From Bugula neritina (taxonomy: Eukaryota > Animalia > Bryozoa), in contig OZ037766.1 of the NCBI GenBank assembly GCA_964035545.1, positions 10,034,722-10,098,721 on the forward strand: DNA of 64,000 bases, in the 5' to 3' direction. How positions within the stretch are numbered: position 1 is the stretch's first letter; the number at the start of each line of letters is the position of its first letter. The notes under the pieces were generated by a model that was given only the letters and a program-made list of their open reading frames with translations, had not been told where the DNA came from and did no database searches. The position numbers and the translations under genes are program-made. Positions 45,528-57,639 of the stretch are shown here, one piece after another.

Positions 45528-45712
45528 GTTTTGGTAATTTTTTTTCTATAGTGTTCCATTAGCTATTGATAACAGATTGAGCATATACACTATAATAGCA
45601 AGTATCACTTGTTGTTAGTTTAGCCAAGTGGTTTGTGCTGCTGGTATATCTCCCCCATATCAGGCTCCTTATTTACTATTTTATAGTGCAGTTTAATACG
45701 AATAAAGTCAGC

Positions 45713-48700
45713 ATGGAGGGTAAGAATAGAATTATTACATATTTATAGTACTAGTACTAGTTGCAGCATAAGACTCAATGTGTTTCTTCTATATTGTTAT
45801 TGTAGTTATTTATTTCTGTAGTTACATTACTAATAATTATTTCTACGATTATTAAACTATTATTATTATTAAGTAAACTAATATTAATAGCAACTTATAG
45901 ATGTTACCAAAATATGAATTTTGGCACCATTATTATAATTATGTACTAAAGTTATACTTAGCAAAGGTTGGGGCCCCCATCACTTGCACGAGGTCACACA
46001 CTGGTCAGTTCATCTAATTTAGTACAAACCCCTAATGTCAAACATAAAATATTTAAGCTGTCTGGTTTCAGTATTTTTTAGCTGTGAAAGATTTTGATTA
46101 CACTAATTTGGGTAAAAACGTATTCGAACCCTACAGAATTGATAAAAGTCAAAATATCTGTCCAGCTACACCACGTGCTATCAGCTGTGTTCCTAGGCGT
46201 CTTTTCTATAGGTGTTTGGTTCCAAGATTAAAATTTTCTGTAACACTAAAATTGACCTATTCATTCTCCGAAAAATGCAGTGCAATTACTGTATGCTTTA
46301 ATTGCTAGGTTCCACTTCATATAAGATTATAAGTTTAAAAACTTTCTTTCAGCTATTCTCGTTGTGTTCAACTTTGTAAAATGGTTTGAGCTGTGATAAT
46401 GCTGAAATAAAATCTGCTTATCCTTAGCCTCAATTATTCACAGTTTCAGTTTATTACGATTGAAAGCAGACTATGGCTAAATATAGACCAGTCACTTAGT
46501 ATATTAGCAGCTGAACAGATTAAAACTTGCAATACATTGCTGCAACTGCGTACTACAGTTCTGCTAGAGGACACAACTCCAAAATGTGGATTACGTTCTG
46601 CAATAATACTTGAGCATTTACCTTTACTGTTCAGAATTTTCTATTATGTGATTTCTGATTATGTTTAACTTTCTGTTCAAAATGCATTCACACAATGCAT
46701 GACAGTAATTTAACTTGTTCTATATGGCAAATACTGTTAGGCCAGTGAAATTTTATTTACTGGCACAGAATGTAGTCAAGAACTCCATGGTAACAAAAAT
46801 AAACTAATATAATGAATATTATTTCTGAGTATGGTGAAATACTATATTTGAAAAAATTGTCTTTTTTTCTCTAACAAATTTTACTGCAAAAATGTGTGAC
46901 ATTTACTTGGTTTGTGTTACTTTCCAATAACAAATAGTTTTTAATCAGCCACTTGTAAGTAATTCTAGTAAGCTATTTATCTTTTGATGCACTAAATAGA
47001 CCATATAAATTAGCTGCTCATCAAGAAGTAATCCCCACTATATAACCGCAGTTGTTGCTGGCCAACATAGTTCAGTTTGGAGCCCAGCTCTTCTACCTTA
47101 CCGCTAGGGAGCTTTGTTAACAGAGAATTTCTAATTCATTCAATTCATCTTGAGCCTTTACAGCAAATTGATAACTTATTTCTTCACCAATAGTCAACTG
47201 ACCTAAAGTGCTGTGCAGTGTCTACTTTTATATTTTCATACATTAAAAAAAGTAGCTAGTGTGCGCACTATTCAACAGATTTTTTTATTTCAGCTGGTAG
47301 TTGCTACATGAGCATTTTATGCATAAATTTTTTTCTGGCAAACTACATATTTTTGACAAGCTAGAAACCTTTGCAGTAATAAATAATTTTGCTGTTTTGT
47401 ATTTAGAGGTAAAAAAATTTGTTAATATACGTTCTCATTAATTTGAAAGTCCAAGAAATTATCATCCATTCTATTTTCCAATTGATTCAGGGACCTTTAA
47501 TAGAGTTTCATGAATCAAAAAGTTAAAAAGCACCTTTACAGGTATATACACGATTTTCTTTATCAGCATTTCCCTTTAGGAGTTGAACAACAAAGGTGGT
47601 GCCAGCAAACAGTATTATTTCTCATATTAATGTTGACAATAACCTTAAAGTGCAGTGATGGGTCACTTCCTCAAGATACTTGCCAGGTAAAAACTAAAGA
47701 ATGTGTTGGTAATCTTCACCCAGGGCTAACGAATTCTCTGCAGAAAATGACCATTGATGACGCGAAGTTATATGAACTGGCCAGGCAACTGAGGAGAATT
47801 GAGAAAAATTACCTGAGCTCTGAGTTGACACCTGTACAGAGAGCAAAGCCAGGTAATTCAACATTGATTTTGTCATAACGGCCTTTAGGCTTTCAGTTTT
47901 ACCATTATTATTACCAATACTACAAATAAGCGAAAAAATGGGACTTAGGTAAGTGCTACTAGCTTATATCATTTTAGTTGCTAACCTAAATTTTAGGTAG
48001 TCAATACATGCTACAGGTTTTGAAATGCTGATATATCTTTTTACAAAAGATCGAATGTTGCATTATTCAAAAGCCATAGCATCTTCATAATATTACTATT
48101 GTGTTACAAACACTGACATGTTTATGTTATTTTAAGCTGGTGCATATTTTATTTGCTAACAAAGATTGAATAGTCACTGTGCTTGCTTAGAATTTAAATT
48201 CATTTTCAAAAATTCTGGCCTCAGATCCTAAATTAATTATAAAAGCAATAATTATTGGTTGCAAGAGCATTAAATGATAACAAACTAGCTTTATGTGCGG
48301 ACTTTAGGCAACTACCAGGCTTACACATATATCATCAGGCTAAATATAAACAGCACTTTTTAAAAGTTATATCCGTTTGTTTGCTGCCACAACAAATTAA
48401 GATATTGTGGGACCATTTTCTGGCATGGCTTCTAATGTTGAATATTTTACAGGGTTGGTAAGCTACATCAAGGAGAAGCTGATTCAACCAGCACTGCAGG
48501 ACTGCTATGCTGACTTCGCTTACATGGGAAGTGCATACGAGTTCACATCTGTACCAGGTTCCTCGGATTTTGACATCCAGGTTTTTCTAAAAGTGCCATT
48601 TACCAGGCAAAACAGAGTGAAGATGTCATCAGCTACAGCCCTACCTAGTGGTGACCCAGACTGGATGAGAGTCAAAGGGGGACCAGAAAATCTACTGAAT

Positions 48701-50351
48701 GATGAAGGCTATTTTTCTCCAATTAAGGTCAAACCAAGTAATGATAATATGAACAATATCTAATGTAAAATTTGTAGCTGAACTTCATTTTTCTAAAACA
48801 AATCAAAAATTTCAATTAAAGCTATTTCGCAAACTAAAAGAAGTCATTTTATGTTTCAAACTTCAAGTCTAATTTTTATGACTGCATAGTTATGCTTTAA
48901 ACACAAGCCTGCGTGATACCAATAAAATTAATTTGGACAAAATAAATCAAATAGAAGACTAAGACCATGTTTATCAATTTACAGGCTCGCCAACTGGTCA
49001 CCAGTAAGATTGACAGGGCTCTGCAAGCAAATGGCTTTCAAATAAGTTTTCAAGGTTCTCCTGCTGTAGTTAGAAGATCCACACATGGACCAGCTACCAC
49101 CTTAGATGTGACCTGGAAAGAAGAAAAACTTTCCATTGACATAGTTGTTTGCTTGAGAAAAATAGATCTTCAGGGCAGGTGTGGTATAATCACATAGTTT
49201 CTTGCTTGCATGTGTTATGTTTCTGGTAAAACCCTGACTATTGTTTAACTATTGTGATTTCTTCCAGCAACTATGATCTGGTGGGGAAACCGTACCATGA
49301 AAAGGACAAGGATTTCTGGCGTCAATCGTATGCAGAAGAAGAGCTAGCCCAGCTTCGGAGATATCACTACAGTTCCATGTAAGTGAACTTGTGGGCTATG
49401 CATTTATGTTTTAAATATTAACAAATGGTTTTCAATAATATTGAAGCCTAAAGTAGAAAGCTCCAAGTAACCTGTAGTAAATTGTAGTATACACTTTTCA
49501 ACTAGCTGAAGCAAAGTGTATAACTATTCCAAACCATGTAAATGTATGGTGAAATTTTAACAACTTCAATAAAGCAAATAAATTGTCTCTCAACACTTGC
49601 TATTTACAAATATGGGGTGTACCTCTATTTACCAGACCCAACTTTCCTATTCACATATCGTTTTCATTAAATCATAGAATGAATTGACTTTAGGAGAAAG
49701 TCATTGCTGCTGAGAATAATGAAAGTTATAAAGAACCATCATCCTCAAATGAGAATGTTTGCCAGCTACTTCTACAAGAATGTCTTGTTTATGTTGGATG
49801 CTAGAAACCCAATTGCTAGCTGGGAAAGAGCTGACTTGGCGAACAGGTAATGTATTGTGTTAATTTTAGCTAAAAATCTCGATTGCAAGTTATAGGCCAT
49901 GTAGTTTTAACTTTCTGTGGAATAAAAAAAATCCTGTCTACGAGTGTACACTTTCATACACTTAGATTTAATATTGAAGTATGTATTAAGAAGAATTCAA
50001 CTTTTAAATAAACTAGGTTAATCTACAGTGAGAATTTTAATAAAGCTGTTTCCTTACAGCTATAGAAGTTGATAATAAACAATGCTAATTATAGAATACT
50101 ATGTACCATGACCTTTAAATACACTGAATGTATTAAGGTTAATACAATATTTTGTTGTCTATTTCAGGTTTATAGATATGATCAATCTGATCCACCAGGT
50201 GCTTTCAGACAGGTCATTGCCATTGCATTTCAATTCCAAGGTTAATTATCTTGCCAACAAAAGTGCTATCAGTATTTCTACTGTAGCCAATTACTTGGGT
50301 GATATCATCAAAAAAGGCAACTACAGCAATTTATTGGACAGAGTTCCTTAA
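45713..50351 (+). CDS. cGAS-like receptor (cGLR; Mab-21/cGAS-DncV-like nucleotidyltransferase), ~350 aa
   Basis: Exons 45713-45719 (proposed), 47724-47852, 48453-48727, 48985-49178, 49268-49378, 49694-49846, 50168-50351 join with GT-AG and consistent phases into 1053 nt. An alternative start at ATG 47747 gives 340 aa. Motifs: MGSAYE..SDFDIQV, HGPATTL, SIDIV, FWRQSYAEEE, LLRIMK, FASYFYKNVLF, SWERADL, LPLHFNSKVNYL. Confidence 0.9.
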
Positions 50352-50875
50352 GATTTTGAAAATATACCATCAGGTTCACTAACACCATGTTATATTTTCT
50401 GTACAACTTCGAAAATTTATTATTGATTTCACTTCCTCTTCCATCATTTAAGAACAATTTTTGCATCTAACCTAATGCATGCAATGTTAGCTTTCATATT
50501 TTGTGTTGCCATTTGTGATGGCTCCCGTCAGTTTTGGTCTCTTGGCATTATTCGCTATTGTTAGTTATAAGGGGTTTTATCTATAGTTGTCATAAATAGG
50601 TCAGTTTTAGCTTTTAGTGTGTAATAGTCAATTAACATGTGCTCTTTCTAGCTGTCCAATCAGTTTTGTGATATCTGCTATGGTTTATGAATGATTGGTG
50701 TTTTAATGAGCCATTCCATGGTTGGCAAGCTGGTCACGTGATTAGAGCATAATAGCGCGCACTTTAACAATAGTTAAAATAGCGGCGTAGTGTAGAGCGC
50801 AACGTAATTAGGTATAATTTGACTGAGAATTGTTACTAATAATAAACATGGCGACTGGATCGCGCTGCAAGTTAA

Positions 50876-53800
50876 ACATCGTAGGCATCCAGGTTATTTT
50901 GATAAAATCAATTACTGTTAATTAAAAGATCATACTTTTTTAGTTGCATTCACAAAATATATACAAAAAATCTCAACTCAATATACCAGAAAAAATGAAT
51001 TAAAATATATGTGTTAATAGCACTGAGATTGACGTGACCGTGGCACATGAAAAATCTGAAAGAAGAGTTGTCTTCTATTTTTCTATATTGATATATAGAG
51101 CTTGTCGTGAAAATGAAGATTTTTTAAAAAAAATATTGTGATCCTCTGGTAACTTCCTGAATTTAGAAAATTAACTCATATGTTTCTTTTTATGTGGACA
51201 ACAGCTCACTTTTTTTAAATTTATTTTGAAGCTCTTTTCGTAAAAAATAATCAAAAGTAAAAAATCCAAAATTTTTACAAATTGGTTCGGGGCTTGACGT
51301 GAAAGGCATTTGGACGAAGATGTCAAGGTCACCATTAATAAATTTATTTTATCACAATTCACAATACTGCACAGAAAGTTAATGAAGTGGGCTGAAAATT
51401 AGGTTGCTAGCATATTCATATTGATATGCATTATATTGATTGTTACAGTATTATTTTTTAAATGTGTTTTGTTATCAGTTATGTTTAACTTCTTTATAGA
51501 GCTGCTGTTAGACTAAGATTAAGACATAATATTAGCAACAATGAATGATTCAATGATAATATTAATAATTAATATCACTTTAATATTAAATTAAAATTAT
51601 TATTAAATTGAAATTCACGGTGACGTATCACTATCACTATGAGTATGAGTATCGTACAAATTAATTATGAGTATGAGTATCACTATGACATTAACTCAAT
51701 CAGTGATTGACTATTACTATGAATATGACTGTGCATAACTCAATGAGAATATCAATATGAATATGGCTTCTAATTCTTGTAACTTTTGACTATCACTATG
51801 ATGATGCTGATAGTGATAATCACTGCCAGCCCAAGTATCATACTCATAGTGATACTATTACTATTGTCTATTAGTATTAATAACTAGTATTACTATTAGT
51901 ACAACTACTAGTACTGTACTAGTATTACTCATAGTTCTGATAATGATGGAGATAATAGTTTTAAAAGTTCTACTTCTACTTTTATAGTAACTGTGAGCTA
52001 GATTGTATATGTTGAACTCTACTCATTTTTTACTACTAATGCTAATACTAATAGTAATAGTAATACTAATAATTATAGTTGTTATAATGATAGTAATACT
52101 AATAGTAATAATAACTATTTCAATTTGATAATTTATGTTTTACAACAGCATTATCGCTTATCAATTACATTGGTTCATAATATGATTATTTTAATTTTGC
52201 TTTGTGTGTTTTTTCATGTTGTAAATTTAAGTTCGTATGGTTATTTAATGAACTAGAGAACTAGCCAAATGTTATGTACCGATTGCAATAATTTACTATA
52301 AACTCAGTGAAATTTAAAACCTAATTGATATTACTATGACATTGATTGTACAGAGGTAGCTAAAATATACATTAAATTACCAATAATTTTAACTCGCCAA
52401 TACACTATGAGTAGAACAGTCAAATGCAATGATAGAAAATTAATTAGTCATAGCAGCCCGTTGCTTGAGGAACATTGAGCTACAGGTCTAAAATGATTTA
52501 GTTTTGTGATCCCTTATATAACAAAATAATTTTTTTTAAACTGGTTTAATACTTTTATTATAAACACGCTTATCAAAGTAACATGTTTTTGATGTATATT
52601 CTATTAAAAAAGCAATCACATCAGGTTTTCAATTTGTATGTTGTACAAAGTTTATTATGGTGACAAGTTACTAAATTATATGGTTCAGCTTTGTAAAGTA
52701 AAGCTGATAAAATAAATACAATTATGTGATTGTTTTACTGCTATATATTAAATTTAAATGAGTTGAATAATATCCTAGTGCATTGAATTAGATATTTTTT
52801 TTAGCTTTGGTACACCTGTTTGTTATAGGCTAACATTCCACCAATAGAAGAATGGTGCAAGTAGAAGAAATTTCAGGTGCAGAAAGCTAAGGAGCAGTCA
52901 GAATGCTGCCAGAGTTGTGAAGAGGCACTTGAAAAAGCTGAATTTCAATAATGACATGAAATTCGTAACAGATCACCCTGGTGTAATTGAACTGACATGG
53001 CCAGCAGAGTTCTCGAAGTCACATACAACAGCTATTTACATCATCATGGTTAGCTTAAATGTAATTCCTATATCAGTCTCTAATATATAGTTTGATATCT
53101 GCTGTAAATTCGCTTAAGGAGCATACACATAACCAAAACTGAGTTACACTATAGTATTTGTTCTTGAATATATTTACCAAGATAAGTAGATTTGCTAATT
53201 CATTAACAGTAAAATTATAATGATACAACAATTTTTCTTTTAGATGATTCAATCAATAACATAAGACACTACAACATGGTTTTGCAGTTATAGAGTATTA
53301 ATTTTCTGGCTCTTTCCAAATCTTCATAGAAGGCAAAGAAAACCACCGTCAGCTTGCCTTTATAACTGAGTGCACGCGTCTTCCACCTACAGATGATGAT
53401 TAACAATTTGCTGGTGTGGAACTTTCTAATTTTGTTTACAATGAAGATAGATTATAGGACATTATTCTTTATGTAAAGATTGTCAAGTTTTGTTATAATT
53501 AAGAACAGTTTTAGTTTCAATAAATCAGTTCAACATTATGGACATCATTGCACAAACATTTTAATCTTTACTATCTACAAAGGTATCTGATGGACTACTT
53601 AAAAATACAAAACTATGCTCCAGATACACAATGCACTGACCAGCAAAGTTAAAATGAGTTGGAGATGTAGAACATAATATCTTGTTCAAGGCTTTTCCCT
53701 GCTGTTGGAACCTTCTACTTCAGAACACTGAATTGAACAAACATATGTAGATATATGAAACTTTGCAAAAAATAATAATGTGAAATTAGTTGCTAAGTAT

Positions 53801-55659
53801 CACATTGCTAATAAATACAGCATTGTGTAATGTTTTATTTAATTTTTTTTGAGCCATTGGATCTATAGGCCCGCATAGTATTTACTATATTATAACTAAT
53901 AAATTGCAGACACATTATGTCAGACCAGTTTCCATTTAAATAGAATAGTGTAGGCTATCAAATTTGTAGAAGTAAAAAACCGCATTCATATTTAGTAAAA
54001 TACTTGCCTTTTTTTTTCATGATGCCTCTACTGCTAAAAAGAGAAGTTTTTATCAATACAGCTCCATCAATCTGTATCCTGATGAAGCTAGTAGTTTAGG
54101 AACAATTGTGGGGGGGGGGAGTGTAGGCTGAGCTGCAGTATAGGAAGAACCCCAACATATGTAATCTATTCAGCACATTATATGTATATTTATTCAAAAA
54201 AGGATTTAGAAAATGCTTTATGAAGAGATGAACAAAGTAAAAATTAATGCTGGTGAAAGTAATATTATTACACCCATTAGAATTACTAGCAGCTATAGCA
54301 TTAAAATTATGTATTTTCATAAAAATGTGTCTAATTTATGCTACAAAGTTATTACTGCCAAAGGTTACAAAATTTACCAGTCACATTCATGCAGCTGGCG
54401 GAGAATAACTAACTTTCACTTGCAATAAATATTATATAATATATTGATAATTATTGGAATCATAATTATATTTATTGTTATGATCATTATGATTATAATT
54501 ATTTAATATTATCTTTATGTTTGTATTTAAAGTTGTTCCTTAAATTAAAAGTTGTTTAAGTTTTATAAATTTATTATAATTATATTTCTGTATAAGTATT
54601 AGTATAATTAAATTATTATAATTTATATTTTATTATTTATATTTATTTCACTTTTTATTTCAAGACCAGCAGTTCAAATTGAAATTAATACTTGTGTCGT
54701 TTGCTTTATATTATAACTTACAAGTATAACTATTAACATAATAATATTACATTTGCTATTAGTATTACTATGAATATAAATATTTATATTAATATAGCTA
54801 TCGGTATAACTTATAGTTATAGTTATACTTATAGTTATAACTAATATTATAACTATAAGTATAAGTTAAAGTATTAGTTTCGAAACTGATCCTGCTCCGT
54901 AACATTAACATACTGATACTGTCATATGATTATCATTATGACTAATAATAGTATTAATAAATATAACCATTGAATATTATTAATAATAGTTCACCAATAG
55001 GCGATAGTCATAGACTTAGAGTGAGAGTCAATGTCATAGAAATAGAGTTAGACTAGTGACACTCATACTGATACTGTGATTCACTGATTTAGTTACAAAT
55101 TTCAAAACTTGGTTTTACGTAGACAACTACTAACCTATAATTCATCACAAAACGGTTGAAAATCATCATTTACTGCATATTTAAGAGTAATTTTCTGGTA
55201 GTGTGGTCGACATGATAATTGAAATTAAAATAGGGAAAATAATTATTTTGTGATTTACAGCAAGTTACAAACTAGCGAAATGGAATAGTCCATTTGAAAA
55301 CAGTTAAATTAGTTACCTTTCTTGATGTTGCGTAGCTAACGTTAGTTATTAGTAGCCGCCCGAAGAGTAACATTCATGTGATTTGAGCTACGAATAACGA
55401 GAATCTGTGACAAACCCGCTTCTTAATAACTTTACGCGATATAAACTCACGCTACAATTGGGCTATTTTGCCATCCCCACGTCACGGAGGGCACGCTCGC
55501 GGGCAAGTCTGGGCAAGTCTAAGACACCTAATATGACCACTTTTACTTACATTTTTGTAGTGTTTTCGTATAAGAAATTGGGTAAAATGCTGATAAAACA
55601 GTTGAAAAGCATGCAAACTTTTGCTCAAATGTAATAAATAACCTGGAAGCTTACCGCCT
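50876..55659 (+). mobile_element. Non-autonomous Kolobok-like DNA transposon, copy 2 (4784 bp)
   Basis: TTAA at 50872-50875 and 55660-55663. Same TIRs and colinear with copy 1 except a 566-bp internal gap and small indels. Confidence 0.85.
52829..53048 (+). pseudogene. Decayed KolX-like exon in transposon copy 2
   Basis: Same 220-bp exon with the same stop and frameshifts as 42056-42275. Confidence 0.6.
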
Positions 55660-57639
55660 TTAATGGATAACAGATATTGACAATTTAAAAGAATGTTTCT
55701 ACATTGAAAATTAAGGACAAGGACTAAAAGAGTAGTGGTGATAATAGTAATGATGAACTTAGTGACAACAGTGATACAAAAGAGTTAAATTTTATTATGA
55801 AACCACGTGGCATTATAGTATTAATCTCTCAGGATAATCATCAAAATGTTCTCATTATACTGAACTCAACTCTGGAATATTGATTAAAATATTGCAGATA
55901 TGAATTTTAAATTAATATTTTCATGATCAGCATAAAAAACTACCTCTGGTAATTAACTTTTGGGCTGATGGAGCTAATTGAAGACACTGTTGCTAGGTAG
56001 ATAAACAACGAATTTAGTACAATTTTGAGTCGCGAACTTTGACTGTTAATTACTCGCAATAATAAAAGTCGTTTGTTGTGGACCGCTGTGTGTATAACCT
56101 GGCATATTTCTGGTTCTATTTGACTGATTTTAAAAATTTAAAGTGCAATGTGATCACAAAGTCCTACTCTATTCATCCACATCAAAAAGTAAAAATCTTG
56201 GATGACCCCCAAGAGACCAAAAATGACAGCAGCCATCACATTTATTCAGTTATGCAATTTCACAATTTAGCTTATTCTAGTCATAATTTTTGACAAATTT
56301 TCTTCCCATTTCTGTTTATTATTAGCTAATATTCTAGAAAATCTATCTATATACTGAAAAATAAATTACCAACATGCATAATAAAGCCTTTCATAAACAA
56401 AGTGGCCTGAAGTCTGGATTTTTAGCATTGATTTGCATAAACCATTATTTTGTAGGCCTTCAAGCTTTGCCTACACTTTACTGTCTTTATACAGATATTG
56501 TCTTTACATATTACAAAAATTTCACAAGCAACTTGCTGGTCACTGTGACATACACCATTTAATTAGAAATTATGCACACTGCAGTTAGTAAACACAGATA
56601 GAAAGGAGCTATGTTCTGAGTTTTTGGTGAAATCAGGGGCGGAGAATTATGTATATCTTGCTAAAATTATTGAACCATCAGTGTTGGGGAAATCCACATG
56701 ATGAAAAAAAACTGTTCATTATTAGTATAAATAAACTATTAAATTAGAACAATCATTTGTTCAGTGTTGGTATATTCAAAGACACACCAATTGGCAATAG
56801 CTAATGGACAATGTTAACCTGGTGTACCAAATAGTGACATAATTAATAACAAAAATGTACTATAATCTTGTGATGCAATTAGGATAAAACAAACATTACT
56901 GTGAGTATTGATATCAACACATGGAAAATAAAATCAGAAACATACATTACTATGGTGAGCAAAAGTTTGAACACCTGAAATATGGCAATTGATAAAAAAC
57001 CAACTGTAATAGAGTAAAATCTGCACAGGCCTTCTTGCTCTCTAAAACTTTACAATGAGTCATCCATTAAATAAGAATTCAAACCTAACTAAAAGATTAG
57101 CATCAACAAAATTAAGTCTGTAATACTAGGAAATAATCATAAAATAAAATCCATTTGCACAAGACCCCATGCATAAAATAATGTGAAATAGAGCAACTGA
57201 TGTAATGCTCAACAGATACAAGTGAAAGACTGCCATTGTCACAGAGCATGAGCTCACTGAAGACACTCAAGCCGCCTCCTCTCAGTAGTGATTGACACCA
57301 AAATATGAACAGAAACCTGTAATCATAACATGAATGAATGTATTTGCATTGTTTCCATCTTTTACCAGGTCACATTATTAAGACATTCTTGAACATTTTC
57401 AGGAAAAATTTCAAGTTTATGAGATTTAAAACAAAATGCATTGCATGTATAAGTACGCAGAATGAACTCAAACATTGAAATACAAAATATATTCAATAAT
57501 ATTGATTGAGATAAATATTCAGTAGAGGTATATTCATTGCATGATATTCCACTGCCAGCCACTAGACTGAATAGAGTACTTAGAAGTAAATAAATACTAA
57601 CAACTGAGGATATTAAAAGCTGAGAAAACTTACTCAGGC

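Larger units (their letters stand above)
50515..56239. mobile_element. Non-autonomous TIR element (~0.94 kb excluding the nested insert) with ATTT target duplication, possibly Sola1-type; split by transposon copy 2
   Basis: ATTT|GTGATGGCTCCCGTCAGTTTTGGTCTCTTGG ... CCAAGAGACCAAAAATGACAGCAGCCATCAC|ATTT (28/31 inverted match). Confidence 0.75.

Noticed and set aside
40183-55659. LTR retrotransposon, or KolobokP-style element with long terminal direct repeats carrying the cGLR as internal cargo
   Set aside because: No TG..CA ends, PBS or gag/pol. Each repeat has its own TTAA pair, and copy 2 splits an older element whose halves lie inside and outside the unit, so the middle did not arrive with the repeats.
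56686-56697. Second kappaB-like site GGGGAAATCCAC
   Set aside because: Imperfect match and far from any identified 5' end.
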